Notes under the pieces: generated by a model
Seen by the model: only the letters and a program-made list of their open reading frames with translations
Databases searched by the model: none
What the model was told of the DNA's origin: nothing
NCBI GenBank assembly: GCA_964016885.1
Contig: OZ024740.1
Location: 399,900,001-399,964,000, forward strand
Origin: Eledone cirrhosa
Lineage: Eukaryota
Reading direction: 5' to 3'
Length of the DNA: 64,000 nucleotides
Translations under genes and position numbers: made by a program
Shown: positions 1-15,848 of the stretch, in pieces
How the letters are laid out: every line of letters starts with the position of its first letter
Numbering within the stretch: the first letter of the stretch is position 1

Positions 1-639
1 AATACTGCCTCTCATTGGCCTTCAATATTTGAAACTTTTTATTTCTATTTTTTTCCTGTTGTTTTCCTCTTTTTAAATTTATTTTTTATTTAAATTTATA
101 TTTATTTTTATTCACCAGCTCTTTTTGATTACCAACTGTAAGGAGTACTAAATACTTGCCCTAGTCTGCCATGGCTTACTAGCTCTATACGGACGTTTAC
201 ATTGATTAAATAAATACATAAATAAATATATACCTATATGATATGGCACTGTCTTACATTTACAACATTTTGGTTTCGTCCATATCATTTCTACATGTAA
301 ATGCTGACCGGGTCGACTTATGTTCGACCTGGACCAATAAATCGAACACCGGTTATTGTTTAGTGAAAGGTCAACTCAGATTGAGTAAACCAACGATCAA
401 AGAATTCCAGTCATGAATACCACATCTTATTTGTATATATAAAGACAACACAAGCAACACTACAAACAAAGATAACAAACATAAGCTTTGTTACTAAATA
501 TTCCGACAGAAAGTCAGAAGGTAGGTTGAATTGATATGTATTTAGTCTGTCACCTGACGGTTTCTGGCAATCTATCCTCATTAAAACGAACATAAAATAT
601 AACAAGCGAAGTCTCAGCAAGACACAACATACACCATTA

Positions 640-962
640 CCCCCCCCCCCCCCCCCCCCCCACACACACACACAACATACACCATCACCCACCGCCATCA
701 CCACCACCACCACCACTACCGCCATCACTACCACCACCACCACAACCCCCACACCACCACCACAACCCCCCCACACCACCACCACCACCACCACCGCCAC
801 CACCATCACTACCGCCATCACTACCGTCACCCTCCCCAACCATGACTCCGCCATCACCACCGTCACCACCACCACCACCACTACCACCACCACCACTACC
901 AACACCATCACCACCATCACCTCCACAACTACCACCATCACTACGAACAGCGGAAGCAACAG

Positions 963-1019
<57 letters not shown>

Positions 1020-1027
1020 CAACAACG
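640..1027. repeat. Compound microsatellite: poly-C, (CA)n, (CCA/CTA)n, (CAG)n, (CAA)n
   Basis: Read directly; it produces the spurious poly-V/L/P/A ORFs at 411-1168. Confidence 0.95.
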
Positions 1028-1594
1028 AATACAATAAAAAGTTAAATAAAATAAAATATGTATCAACACCGAAGTTGATGTTAAAATTGCTTGCAATTCA
1101 CACTGTTGTCGACATATGCCCCCTTTTGACCTCTGGGTGTGTAGTATTTCGGAACACCAATCAGTCATGCAGTATATAATAAGGGTGCAGAGGTAGTGTG
1201 GGTTTACCGGGTGACTGAGTGCATTGCATGGGTAGAGGTTGTACTAGCGGTGTTTTTAACAGGGCGCCGGGATGAGGTAGAATTGTTGCTAGAGGTAATT
1301 GTCCTTTTATCAAACCCTACAAATATAATATAATTGTAAAAGACAACAAAAAACAAGTATAAAAACAAACACAACAAACAACAAAATAAATGAATGAAAA
1401 ATAAGTTTTTTTTTTATTTCCTTGTAAGTAAAACAATTTTCAACGTTAGTCACGTGACTATTTTATACAAGGGGGTGACGGGTAGTAAGGGTTAGGAGAT
1501 GATAGTGGATAGGATCTGGTAGCTGGCAGGGAATCTGACAGAGATAAATGAATTGATAGAATTATGGATGGACAGTTATATATATATATATATT

Positions 1595-1775
1595 GGCGGG
1601 ATTTGAACTCAGAGTGTAAAGGGCCATAACTCTATGCTGCCAAGCATGGCGTCTGACGCTCTACCGATGCTGCCAATCCACCACATAATTTAAATAATGC
1701 AATAATTGTTTCTACTTTAGGCACAAGGCCAGCAATTAACCAGTGCATTACTGGTACTTTATTTTATCGACCCCA
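1595..1775 (-). mobile_element. tRNA-derived SINE, rearranged copy
   Basis: GGGATTTGAACTC (reverse-complement B-box) plus the family body TACTGGTACTTTTATTTTATCGACCCC and tail TTGTTTCTACTTTAGGCACAAGGCCAGCAAT, shared with copies at 11.9, 18.3, 23.5 and 24.8 kb. Confidence 0.8.
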
Positions 1776-1848
1776 AAAATGCATATAAAACAGAATTTAT
1801 TTTAATGTATTTTTTGCTGTTGAATTGTATATACCTTTTTGACATTAC

Positions 1849-1917
<69 letters not shown>

Positions 1918-2313
1918 ATAGGGAGAAAAAGACTATTATTAGGAAGAAAAATATTTATTTTTTCTTTTTACAATAGTTTCAGATAAATACACATGCTACA
2001 CACGACTAGAAGAATTAAAGAACACACTTAGCAGAAACTACCCACCATCCCTAATCAACAATGGATTCCAACGTGACCTAAAACTCAACATCCAGGAACT
2101 CAGACACTCCAAACCCAAGACATCTCCAGACATCTCCACACACAAACACCTCAACAATGAGACATTCGACACCATCCTCCAGAACATTCCTTTACTAAAA
2201 AGAGACCAAAGAATGAACAAAATCCTCCAAACACACAACATCATAAATAGCAAAAGACAAATTAAATCCATAAAAACATCCTCACACAAGCCACAATCCA
2301 ACCAACCCTCACA

Positions 2314-2745
2314 ATGAACCATACATTTAAAAAATGCGGAAGGCCCAACTGTGGCATATGCATAAATCTAATAGAAGGTTCAACATTCCATCTTAAACAA
2401 GGACAACATTTCACAGTTAAACACAACTTTATATGTGCATCTGAAAATCTAATCTATGTTTTGACTTGCTCATGTTGTCAAGAGCACTACATAGGACAGA
2501 CAAAAAACAGCCTCCGACAACGTATGACCGTCCATAGATCACAAATCAAAATACAGGAATACAGAAAGATTGGTTTTAGTGAACATATCGCCAATTGTAC
2601 ACCTAACCAACATCCAAACTTTAAAATTTTCCCCATTTACAAATTCATAGACAACGCTTCTTTCATCCATCGTACCAATAAGGAAACGTGCTTCATTAAC
2701 AAAGTCCAACCTCTACTTAATGGAATAAACTACGGACTAAACTAA
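2314..2745 (+). CDS. GIY-YIG endonuclease domain (C-terminal part of a Penelope-like ORF; upstream part decayed)
   Basis: CGRPNCGIC Cys motif, NLIYVLTC..C..HYIGQT, LRQRMTVHR, EH, KE..FI..QP.LN match the PLE GIY-YIG layout. Confidence 0.85.
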   Translation: MNHTFKKCGRPNCGICINLIEGSTFHLKQGQHFTVKHNFICASENLIYVLTCSCCQEHYIGQTKNSLRQRMTVHRSQIKIQEYRKIGFSEHIANCTPNQHPNFKIFPIYKFIDNASFIHRTNKETCFINKVQPLLNGINYGLN

Positions 2746-3198
2746 AACTGGAACGAGCAATGAACCAAAAGCAAATTCATATGTTCTCTAAAGAGTTACC
2801 TCCCTCACACCCTACCTAATCCTTTTTCTTATATAAATGAATTACCCCCTCTCATTTCTCTCTCCCCTACCTGACCACCCTAAATTACCTCCATCTTCAT
2901 ATTAACTCTCTAAAAAGGGAAATCATATCAAACCCCAGACTACCATTTGCCCCCATCATGGATCAACTAAGCACTCTTGCCATCATAACACATTTTGAAT
3001 TGCTTATCTTCAAGAACTATGCCAGTAAATAATATTATTTTTTCTTTCCCATTACCTTATCATGTTCCACATCACCCCCTTTTTTTCTTTTTTCTTTTCA
3101 CTTCAAAAACCTTGTTTGTAAATAACATTATTCTTTCTTCACCATTTCCTTAACATGTTCAACATCATCAACATTTTACACCAATACAAATTCCCCCC

Positions 3199-3229
3199 TT
3201 TGATAATGCATAAAATGCTGAAACCGGTA
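3199..3229 (+). ncRNA. Degenerate minimal hammerhead ribozyme of a PLE pseudo-LTR
   Basis: TTGATAA (for CTGATGA), GCA-TAAAA-TGC stem II, GAAACCGGTA; core mutated. Confidence 0.4.
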
Positions 3230-3450
3230 ATAGACAATTATTAAATATATAAATAAATAAATAAATGCCATTATTAATAAATAAATAAATTAACTAATAC
3301 CTAAACACTTCACCCAAAGTAAAATATTTTGTTTTAAACATTTTCTAACCCAGAAAAAAGAGAAAAAAATAAAAAGGAAAAAGAAAATATTTCCTTCCTT
3401 TTCTCCCTATTTTATATATATTCCAACTCGTGTGTTCCTTCTCCACATTT

Positions 3451-3528
<78 letters not shown>

Positions 3529-4749
3529 AATGTAATGTCAAGAGTTTCGGAAGACTAGATAAAAGGAGAAGAGCGCTCTATGTTATGTAGAGGTAAAGTA
3601 TATTATTATAAATATATTTTCAACACAGCTACATGCTACCTTAGGTATCAATGTCTCTTCTACCATAGTCCTTATAGATCGTTTATGTGCCAGTGTTGCC
3701 TATCTTTCAGGCAATACCAATGATATACAATTTCTAAATATGAGAAGAAATCTAATTGTAACCAAGAAATGCGTATCTTTGCCGGGGTTCTTTATTCAAT
3801 ATCGAAAAAGAAGGTTGTATATCTACGTGTCACCAAAAGTAGAGCAGGTTTCCTTATGCTCACAAAGGGTTAATTATAGGAAGCTATATATAATGTGCAG
3901 GAAAGTACCTCTTCTATTGGACAACGAAAATATTATGGAACTGGTGGCCTAGTTATAAAAACTGGGAACGGAGCGAAGGCATAGACCTGTCTATACTCAA
4001 ATTCTATTATGCATGTCAATACAACATGGCTTCTATAGTAAAGGGTATTAGCAATGACTATAACTCTTAGATCAACGTCACCTTTGTGGTACTGTCCGGG
4101 CAGCTGTCGAGTACCAAGGTCGACATGAATGACATATTGTCTGTTTGGGTTTCAATAGTCATACAAATCTTACTGAATCTCACAGAATGATACCGGAGTG
4201 GTGCTCTGATAAAGCACTGGTGGTGCAAGCTAGAAAGCTTAGTTGCAGCACGCATGGCAGTATAATCCACCTGAGGGCTTTCTTCCAGGAGGAACTCAAG
4301 AAGGAAATAAAACAGACCTAACCACAATGATTTCTCAATTCTTCGTATTGTAAACGAAAGACTTTTGGATCAATTAAATGAACTACATTTAATATCAGAT
4401 AAAATGTAGGTTCAGAGCCTACAACATACTGGCTACTCGAGAGAATAACTTTTGATGGATACAAAGAACAGTATTTAATTTACAATAATATGTCGTCTAT
4501 TTCTTGTTCGTTCAGACTCAAGAATTGCTCAGAGGCACCATCTGGACAAATGATTTTCAGTACAAATGTTTGCAAATCTTTGTATATACAATAAAATAGA
4601 ATACTAGTAATGATTATTGCTGGCCTTGTGCCAAAAGTAGAAACAATTATTGTATAATATCTTTCTTTCCTTTCGTTTCTATATAACGTTGGTTTGTTTA
4701 TCCCCCCATATCTTGTAACAACTTTGTAACTACATTTTCATTTTGGCTA

Positions 4750-4940
4750 AATTGCTGGAGAGTCGGACAAAATGATTTGTGGTATTTAGTTACGACAATT
4801 TACGTTCGAAGTTCAAATCCTACCGAGGTCAGCTTTACCTTTCATCCTCCTTGCGTCAAGTATTCGGTTCGATGTAATCGACTGTGCCATTGCCACCACC
4901 GAAATTGCTGGCCTGTGCCTAAATTAGAAACTATTATTGT
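4750..4940 (+). mobile_element. Diverged tRNA-derived SINE
   Basis: AAGTTCAAATCC B-box-like motif, CTTTACCTTTCATCCT core and AAATTGCTGGCCTGTGCCTAAATTAGAAAC tail. Confidence 0.65.
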
Positions 4941-6889
4941 AGCTGCTGTTGTTATGATTGTTGTTGTTGTTGTTGTTATTATTTCTGTTGTTATTATTAT
5001 TGAAAATTGGCGCAGGTTGAGGAGACGTCCTTTTCACTTTTAAGTTCTAACTCTGTGAAAATCGACTTTGTCAATGGGACCGGGGAAATAAATATCAATT
5101 ATGAACTGAGAACGGTTCAATTGTCCTTATTTAAAAAATAAAATAATTGGTATTTTTTTTTTTTTTTACACCATGTAAGAAATCCTTATTATAATTGTTG
5201 TTGTTGTTGTTGGTGGTGGTGACATTCACAGGAAGAGAGGGATTAGATAGACAGACCCCTGAAACTACTTATGTTTCACCTGTCTATCCAACTGACAAGG
5301 TCAATCGGTGTAAAGGTAGCTGCCTATAAGTTGATCAGCTGTCTACTTTTTATTGTTTTGTTTTACATAAAGGAAATATGTTGCATTTAAACTGACCAAT
5401 TATCATTGCTGGATATTTATGACCTTGTTTACTTCATTTCAGCGAGCTGCAGATGGTTCAGTCAATGGGGTGTCTCAAATTAACATCCGAAAGATCAAGG
5501 TTTCGTATTCATTTACCAGTATGCATGAATTTAGCCAAGTCATTAGATCGACGGATAAAATGTCTTGTAGTATTCGTTCCGGCTCTCACTAATCAGGGTT
5601 CAAATTCCGCTGTAGTCAACTTTGTCTTTCCACCTGTTGGGATTGATCAATAAAATACCAGTCCAGGGAGGTGGATTAATGGATCTAATAGAGCCCCGGA
5701 TGGGATTCCTTACGGCTTCTATTCCGGATTCTTGCGTTCTGAGAACAAATTCTGCTTTATGATTCAAATACCTCACTGGCCAGAGCTAACTATCTGGCAC
5801 GGGACCTCAATTGATTATAAAAGCTGCATTGGCTGGAGGGGGAAGATAGTTGGAACAATCTACTACAGTAGTCGAACGATAACGAAGATTGAGTAGAGAA
5901 ATTGAGCAGCCAAGTCACTTAGCCATCAAAGGCTGTAAATTCTTCGGAATCCCTTTTACTGCTATCATATAGAAACTGTAAACCTAAGCACGTCCTCTGT
6001 AAACGGCCTCTTTATGTATAAATAGCTGCAATGAGAAGTACTGTATAATTAACATGTGGGGCATTAATTTAGAGTATATTTGAGAGAGGCTACGCATTCG
6101 TTGAGTCATTAGAACGTCGGACCGCATTCTGAGATCAAATTCTGTCATGCTCAACTTTGCTTTTAATCCTTTCAAGGTCACCAAATAAAGTGGTTGCTCT
6201 GCACTGGGGTTGACTCTTCCTATCACTTCACTCCTTCTGGATTGGATATTTGAGGAAGATTTGGTTGCTATTTCTACCTGATCGATAAAACACGTAGCTG
6301 TTTCTACGGTGATTACAACCAGGCACCAAGTTTATCTTATTTTTGTATGATTTAGTCAAAAGAAGATTGATAGTCCCTAGAATATTTTTCAGGACCTTCG
6401 AGACTGGTAGAGAGTGAACAGAGAGAGAAAACAACCAGAAGTTATGGTGTATTGTGAGAATACAAAACGCGCTTGACTGTGTTAACAGACTGGACTCTAC
6501 TGAAGATACCCAAGTACCAGGTGATTTTTTACATAGTGCAACGTATCTATCTTTCAAAAAGAGATCGAATCAATCCAATTGTGCTCGCATATATTTCCAT
6601 CTATTACAGTTCTCTCTTCATGCTTGGATCAACCAGAGGGTATAGTAGAAAAATCTTACCTATATGCTAAAAAACAACAAAAAACAAAAACAAAACAAAA
6701 CAAAGCGAAGAAAGAATCATATATCTAGTCACACCGGAAAATGCCCTGTTGTTAAACCGGAGAATTTTCTACACATAGAAATAAGAATAGAACAGATTAG
6801 TTTCGTATTTCATTGGATATTCACAAGATATCACTTACCGCTGCCCTCCAAGATATGAAAAAAAAAAAAAAAATACCCGAAAAAAAAAA

Positions 6890-6931
<42 letters not shown>

Positions 6932-7933
6932 TTACCGCAAACTCTGTGGTAAAAAAACTAAATAACTGTTTATTAAATATCTCCGTATGTGGTTGAGAGA
7001 AAGGAGTATTCAATACCGAAGTAGATAAACCTGTGATAAACAGGCGAAAGTTCAGAGTAACAAGACTCACTTTTTAGCCTTAATATAAATGTAAGTTTAT
7101 TAAATATATGGATATATCTTTGTACATTTATTCAGAACTCAAGTTCTTTTATTAGTACATTAGTGATCTCTTAAATCGTCTGGAAAATGAAGCTGCGAAG
7201 TAGTGTTTCGCACACATACAACGGTTGATCTGCGACAGTAATATTTCACTAAATGGGTCTAAATATGTCTCAACTATGAGCCTCAGTGACTTTCGACATA
7301 GTATCTGTTGATCGATATTTCTAATTGAATTTTTGTATCAAATTCGAATTTTAAAACAGAGAAGGATATAATTCACCGAAGGCACTTTTCCTATACACTA
7401 TTGAAAATAAACCACTGATATATTCCAACACACGAACCTGGGACTATATTTTCACATATTTGAGCACTCAATCAGTTATCTACTCTTTTGTAAGACACAC
7501 ATCTATTAAATAGATAATTATTTGGAAATGGAAGAAACATACCGACAATAAAATACTTCGTAAAAAGGAACAAAATAACAACAAACAAACAAATGCTTTG
7601 TAAAACACTTAAGTGCTAAGAATTAATATAAGTACATCATCTCTGAAATAAATCAACTAATTACAGAAACATTATATATGCAAGATAAACTTTGAAAATA
7701 CAGAAAGAAAAATAATCTCCACGAATGAGTGATGTTCAGAAAAACAAAACCAAGGTTCATCTTTCACAAACTAATAAACACTTAAGTTTCTGTGGCAGAC
7801 AGTTAGAAACAAAAAAATATATAGTGATACTTTCAATAGGATTGGCATTATCTATCTATCTATCTAAAATATATCTATCTATCTATCATTGTGTATGCAT
7901 CTCTATGCATATATATGTACCTTGTTATGTGTA

Positions 7934-7986
<53 letters not shown>

Positions 7987-8103
7987 TTCATGTGTGTATG
8001 CAAATATGGGGTATAGTTATGAATATGTAAATGTGAGTCAGAAATGCAGACAGATGAAATTAAGCAGCGTCTCAAGTTTCAGAAGTCTAATTTAATTCCG
8101 CTT

Positions 8104-8190
<87 letters not shown>

Positions 8191-9127
8191 GTGTGTGTAG
8201 TGTCTACGTGTGTACGTGTACGTTTATCTTCTATTTGTGTATCTATATATGTTTTCTAATTAGTCTAGTCATGTCTGGATAGATATTTTGTTGCAAAAAG
8301 AAAATCTTAGTTTCATATCATAATCATCATCATCACCATCAGTGCCATCCCCACCCCCACCACTACAACCACCATAACCTCCACAACCACCACCTCAACC
8401 GCCGCTGTCACCACCACCACCACCACCATCATCATCCCCAACAACGTCTTCCTCATATATCATCACCATTTTAATCTAGGAGTGACTAAGTTTTGCGTTA
8501 GAACTGTTGCTATCATAAAAACAAATCGTAAACTAACTCAGCGATTCTCGGAAAAACATAGGAACATGGATCATGTCATTTGCTTTAGGGAAGGTATGAT
8601 AAGATGAATTTAATATCTCGTTGATATTTAGACATCCGCTGGTTTTTGTTTTATTCTGAAGTGATTTCTTATTTAGAATGTGAAAGTGTCTATAAGAGGC
8701 TTATAATAAATTGGCCTTAGTATATTGCAAATTTCTTTTAACCAGAAAGAAAACTATAATAGAGAGAGTCTAAATTATTTTATCGATGCTATTATATTAC
8801 CGTTATATATTTTATCAACTTCTAGTCATGAAAGATAAAACGGCCCATGGTAGAATTAAAAGTAGACATATTGTTTTTTATCTAGAAAGACGACTTGCTA
8901 TTCTTTCAGATGTTTTGTATATTCTATTTTATTCTCATTTTGTGAAAATCAGAATTAATTTGACCGTTGGCAAAGCAGGTTTTTGAGTACAATCTTATTG
9001 GTGTGTACACTGTGCTTCGTCTATTTTCAGATAGTAGGTGAGCTTTTTAAAGGGAATCACATTGCATAAACCTATTGGTTGAGGTTTAAAGTATAAAGTG
9101 CAGATAGGATGGTAGGTACTTGTAGAC

Positions 9128-9268
9128 TAGTCATGGGCAAACTACGTCCCTTTGGACTTTCTGTATAATACACCTAACAAAATATTGTCTTCAATGTTTT
9201 AGTAGTGAGGCTTGTATTATGATGAGAAACTCATGCAGCCAACTGCTCAAAAAGGATGCCCGTACTTG
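9128..9268. mobile_element. Possible decayed hAT-type MITE
   Basis: Imperfect terminal inverted repeats CATGGGCAAACT ... AGGATGCCCGTAC, resembling CAGGCATGGGCAAACT hAT ends. Confidence 0.35.
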
Positions 9269-9781
9269 TTGCAGATACTGATTGGGGAAATGCTGGTTCT
9301 AATGTGTTGTCATTGTGTATGCTTAGCGAGGGGATAAGTTGTTAGCTGTTCAGGGATTTGTGTTGTTGTTTACACCAAAGTCAGGCTTAATCAACGAAAC
9401 GAACTATTAAAGAGGTTTCAGCCGCAACCACCCGACCTTATTTATTTAGTATTACATTATTTAATGTGTCTTAAGAATACAGGGTTTGTGTGAAGATAAT
9501 GTTGGTATTTCTACGTTTGATATTTCAAGAGAATGTGCTGTTAAACAACTAGGGGATTAAGAAATACATCTTTATTCGTGTATTTATATAAACAACTAAT
9601 AAAATAATTATATTTATAATTGTGTATACACATATCTATATATGCCATAGGGTCCCTGGATCGATAGTTTTGTGTGGTATTTTAGGCTTTACCATAACCG
9701 CGAGTCAACAGAAGCCTTGTGAGTGAAAGTGTGTTAACAGAAACTTTGGCAGTACTTCAGATGGGTAGCGAATGTATTTAA

Positions 9782-11160
<1,379 letters not shown>

Positions 11161-11399
11161 ACCTGCGGGTCCAGAATCAGACAGATCCACACAATGCTCG
11201 CGTCTCGAGCGGTCCGCCGGCGAAACAATTGTAACATACAATAAATTGAGTTCAGATGCATCACTGATTTTTCGTTTTCTATTCTATATATATATAAGGT
11301 CTAGCTTTGTAACAGTTTCTGTGGGGTTGATTCTACCACAATAAGTGTCCGTAGAATACTCAACAACTTACATGGTCATCGTTAAAATCGACAAAGAAT

Positions 11400-11453
<54 letters not shown>

Positions 11454-11884
11454 GATAAATCTACCAAAATCTACGGTAGTGTCCAATCCGTATGAAGAAC
11501 TCAATGTAATCCGAATATCATGAAAAGAGAAGATGTATTCAAAAAATTTTTTTCTTTAGATGAAAAATACAGGAAAACAGAGTCAAGATAAATTAATAAA
11601 AATAATGAATAAAAACAAAGAAACAGTTCCTTATATTAAAAGATTCATCATTTTACGATCGTTTCTAGGATATATATGTTTGTGTTGGTATGTATATCAT
11701 ATAGATCTATGTAAAATTTTTACAAACTATCAGAGGGAATATACATACCTACACATATATATGCTGTCTTCAGAAAAAATGATATTTGTTTATTGAAAAA
11801 AACCCAACAAAGATTTAATATAACAAGAGAGTTCCCGCAGGGGCAGGTAATTTAGAAATATATATATATATATACACTATATTA

Positions 11885-12040
11885 ATTGTTTCTACTTTTG
11901 GCACAAGGCCAGCAATTGCCCAGTGCATTACTGGTACTTTATTTTATCGACCCCGTAAGGATGAAAGGCAAAGTTAACCCCGGCGGGATTTGAACTCAGA
12001 GTGACAAGGACTATAACTCTATGCGTCAAAGCACGGCATT
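11885..12040 (-). mobile_element. tRNA-derived SINE
   Basis: Family tail, core GACCCCGTAAGGATGAAAGGC and B-box complement GGGATTTGAACTC. Confidence 0.85.
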
Positions 12041-12439
12041 TTATTATACATATTTCAAGAGCAACCAAGGCAAATTATGGTGCGCTTTCATCAGATAAAA
12101 TACAGATTTGTTTTATAAATATATATTGACATACCCGGAAAAAAAGACAACCTTAACGGTTGGAGCTTCCTGGATAGTGTGTATAGGTGTGCATGTTCAC
12201 ACAAGCATATATCTAAAAAACAATATGACAAGCACGAAAAACATAGGGAAACAACAACTGCATCACTCTCGACACTGGTAAAACTAGAACAACAATAACA
12301 GTGAATTGTATAGAAAGAAAGCTAAATAAATACAACTACAACAACAATAAACTTAACAATAGCCACAACAACAATTAGTTCAACAGTAGCCACAACAAAT
12401 ACTAAAAATACAACCACAATGATCACGTCCATTCCTCTA

Positions 12440-12513
12440 ACTACTACTACTACTACTACCGCCATCACCACCACCACCACCACCAGCACCACCAGCACCA
12501 CCACCACTACTAG

Positions 12514-12551
<38 letters not shown>

Positions 12552-12728
12552 TTACTATTACTACTACCACCACCACAACCACACTACTACTACTGCTACT
12601 GCTACTACTACTACTACCACCACCACCGCCACCGCCACCACCACCACCACCACAACCACCACCACCACTACTACTACTACTATTACTACTACCACCACAC
12701 TACTACTACTACCACCACCACCACCACA

Positions 12729-12811
<83 letters not shown>

Positions 12812-12881
12812 CACCACCACCGCCACCACCACCACCACTACTACTACCACCACTACTACTACCGCAACAACAACAACAACA

Positions 12882-12913
<32 letters not shown>

Positions 12914-12935
12914 CGCAACAGCAACAACAACAACA

Positions 12936-12988
<53 letters not shown>

Positions 12989-13032
12989 CACTACTACTAC
13001 TACTACTACTGCTGCTGTTGCTGCTGCTGCAG
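12440..13032. repeat. Long compound trinucleotide tract (CTA/CCA/CAA/CTG)n
   Basis: Read directly; source of the spurious poly-T/Y/H/V/S ORFs. Confidence 0.95.
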
Positions 13033-13617
13033 CGTTCCATGGTCATACTAATAATTATGAGATTAGTAGCTCAATGATAATTGTCGGTAATTTAAGGTGT
13101 CGTATTTAAAGTGTTTTATGAGATGTATTGATTGTAAAGTCGTGTTAATGGGAAACTAAGTGTGAAAGGAAAGCAAATGAATGGAAAAAGACGAAAAGGT
13201 GTTGTTATAGTTGTTATTGTTAGTAGTGGGGGTAGGGTGGAACGAAGAGGAGGGAGGGTGACAGTAAAGTTTTCAATTCAGCTAACGTCAACGTACGTCA
13301 AACTGAACAATTAGTAAGAGTTCAGTCAGGCATTTGGACATATCGATCATACCACACATCCCTATAAGATACATAGGTAAATCACACATACACACACTCC
13401 CATACACGTATCAACACACACATATACACTTCCCTGTTTTCCTTTCTATTTTCCTTTTCCTTCCCCTTTACTGAAATTCACATGGTATTTAGATAAGTAC
13501 CTGCGAAAGTTGGTACCTGACCCCATGCTTTACCCCACCTCTCTCTCTGTATATATATATATACAGAAATAGCCGTCGAAACGGCTTGAGCTCTGCCGTC
13601 GGGGTCATACTTTTTCG

Positions 13618-13690
<73 letters not shown>

Positions 13691-13947
13691 GTATATATAT
13701 ATATTTAATACATTAACAGAGAAAGCCTTAAGCGATACTCTGACCAACTCCATCTCACTCAACAAACATTAGGATATACCTAAGTATTCTCCCAATTTAG
13801 TGTTTGGGGTGGTAACTAATCAGTATTTCGTGGATAGCTGGTTGTATTATTTTATATGAGACATAATTATATATATATATATATATATATATAGGAACGA
13901 GTAGGACTCCGACGGCTGAGCTCAAGCCGTTTCGACGGCTAATTCTG

Positions 13948-13981
<34 letters not shown>

Positions 13982-14377
13982 TCAATCCTTGGCCTGGCAC
14001 TTGAACTAAAAGCCTGTTGAGAAAGTGACTTCCTTGTTCAATCATCTTACCAGAAGCCTAACATTATTTGTCTAAGCGGACAGTACTTGATTTAGGAGTC
14101 GCAGAAACCCAAATACTGGATTTTTACCAACCATCCAGGGGTCCGGGTAAATTTTTCAATCACATTTTTTTATTTGTTTGACCCGAATTACTTGGTCGTT
14201 TCTATGGCTGTGCGGATAATGGTTTAACCATCGTCTCAGTGTGTTTGGCCTTTTAACGTATGTTGTAGCTCTGGTTCGTTAGAATTATTGAGCGCTTGCC
14301 ACACATCTCGGAAGTTGTTTTTCGCTCATTTCCAAAGCCGAAATACGATTCTCGCTAATTTATATTTATATATATAT

Positions 14378-14520
14378 ATATTTATTAAAATAACAGATTA
14401 AAGTTTAAGCAAAGAATCGCTGCTTTCGCCCTTAACGTGTCGTTCAGTTTCAGAAGATCCCGTTAAGGGTGAAAGCAGCGATTCTTTGCTTAAACTTTAA
14501 TCCGTTATTTTAATAAATAT
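14378..14520. repeat. Fold-back inverted repeat (about 60-bp arms) of a PLE tail with a decayed hammerhead core
   Basis: Arms 14378-14437 and 14461-14520; CAGAAGA-TCCC-GTTAA-GGGT-GAAA; the downstream tail recurs inverted at about 32970-33055. Confidence 0.75.
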
Positions 14521-14603
14521 TTGTTCTACGGTTCTTATATATTTGATATATATTTATCCTTATCGAGCCCTCTTTGGATTTTAGTCTTCAAATTTATTAT
14601 TAT

Positions 14604-14685
<82 letters not shown>

Positions 14686-14914
14686 CGAAGGAAAAGTGGT
14701 AAGGAACCAGGTGGACCATAACGCACCAAAGTACTCAATACTTAGAGTAGTAGAGTGGGTAATAGGAACCAGTAAGACACCGACGGCTGAGCTCAAGCCG
14801 TCGGGGTCTTACTGGTTCCTATTATATATATATATATAATTGGTGTTGGATGCTTAAAGCGTCCGCATGCGGTAGGCCGTTTGAACACTCGATGCTTTCA
14901 CAGAGCAGAGTACG

Positions 14915-15112
14915 ATATCACAAAAAACGAATCAGTGTTTCGACGTATGGAATTTATTGGACATATTACAATCGTTTCTCTGGCGACCAGCTCGAGGCAC
15001 GATCAATATGATGATCGAACCTGACTCTCGAGCTGGTCGCCAGAGAAACGTTTGTAATATGTCCAATAAATTGCATTCGTCGCAACACTGATTCTCTTTT
15101 TTTTTGTGATAT
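14915..15112. repeat. Fold-back inverted repeat (about 82-bp arms) of a PLE-like tail
   Basis: Arms 14915-14996 and 15027-15112; related to 11157-11285 (CTCGAGC..GAAAC..GTAA..AATAAATTG). Confidence 0.8.
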
Positions 15113-15216
15113 ATATATATATATATATGAACCAGTAAGACCCCGACAGCTGAGCTCAAGCCGTTTCGACGGCTAATATGCTTCTCCACGTATATATATA
15201 TATATATATATATACA

Positions 15217-15257
<41 letters not shown>

Positions 15258-15333
15258 AATGTGTGTGTGTGTATGGCAGCTCACACAGGTTTAGCTGGCC
15301 TCCTCCAAGGTATATCTCGTTGGTTATATATAT

Positions 15334-15428
15334 ATATTTAATATAGAAATGGCTTCTACAGGACTAGAACTGATTTCTCCCGAATGAAACAGTTCTAGTC
15401 CTGTAGAAGCCATTTCTATATTAAATAT
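15334..15428. repeat. Fold-back inverted repeat (about 39-bp arms)
   Basis: Arms 15334-15372 and 15390-15428; the right arm contains GAAAC-AGTTCTA-GTC, resembling a hammerhead 3' half. Confidence 0.8.
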
Positions 15429-15493
15429 TTATACTCTGCTTTCTATTGAGTACCTCACTTACTGTGGTTACCCCCGATTGAACCCGGAACAAA

Positions 15494-15589
<96 letters not shown>

Positions 15590-15590
<1 letters not shown>

Positions 15591-15785
15591 CGAAGGAGGT
15601 GTGGTAAGGAATCAGATGGACCATAACGCACCAGAGTACTTAATACTTAGGGTAGTAGAGTGGGTAATAGGAAAATGTTTGACCCCGACGGCAGAGCTCA
15701 AGCAGTTTCGACGGCTATTTCTGGAGTCCAGAAATAGCCGTCGAAACGGCTTGAGCTCTGCCGTCGGGGTCAAACATTTTCCTAT
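15590..15785 (-). mobile_element. PLE-like 3' tail with palindromic fold-back; same family at 13566-13615, 13893-13951, 14685-14822, 15130-15180, 22731-22800 and 23948-24135
   Basis: Shared CATAACGCACCAGAGTA..GACCCCGACGGCAGAGCTCAAGCCGTTTCGACGGCTATTTC; the minus strand reads GAAAC-GGC...GCC-GTC (hammerhead stem III plus GUC). Confidence 0.7.
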
Positions 15786-15806
15786 ATATATATATATGTG
15801 TGTGTA

Positions 15807-15848
<42 letters not shown>

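Larger units (their letters stand above)
1910..3453 (+). mobile_element. 5'-truncated Penelope-like element between (TA)n tracts, with an inverted partial pseudo-LTR at its 5' end
   Basis: GIY-YIG ORF inside; AAAATAGGGAGAAAA at about 1916-1930 is the reverse complement of TTTTCTCCCTATTTT at about 3399-3413; degenerate hammerhead core near 3200. Confidence 0.75.

Noticed and set aside
411-1168. ORFs with poly-L/V/C/A runs (also 12322-13051, 22934-23376, 28568-28996, 30887-31219)
   Set aside because: Translations of microsatellites with no domain content
3540-6660. Possible host exons or decayed transposon coding sequence
   Set aside because: No recognisable motifs or consistent frame; needs a homology search
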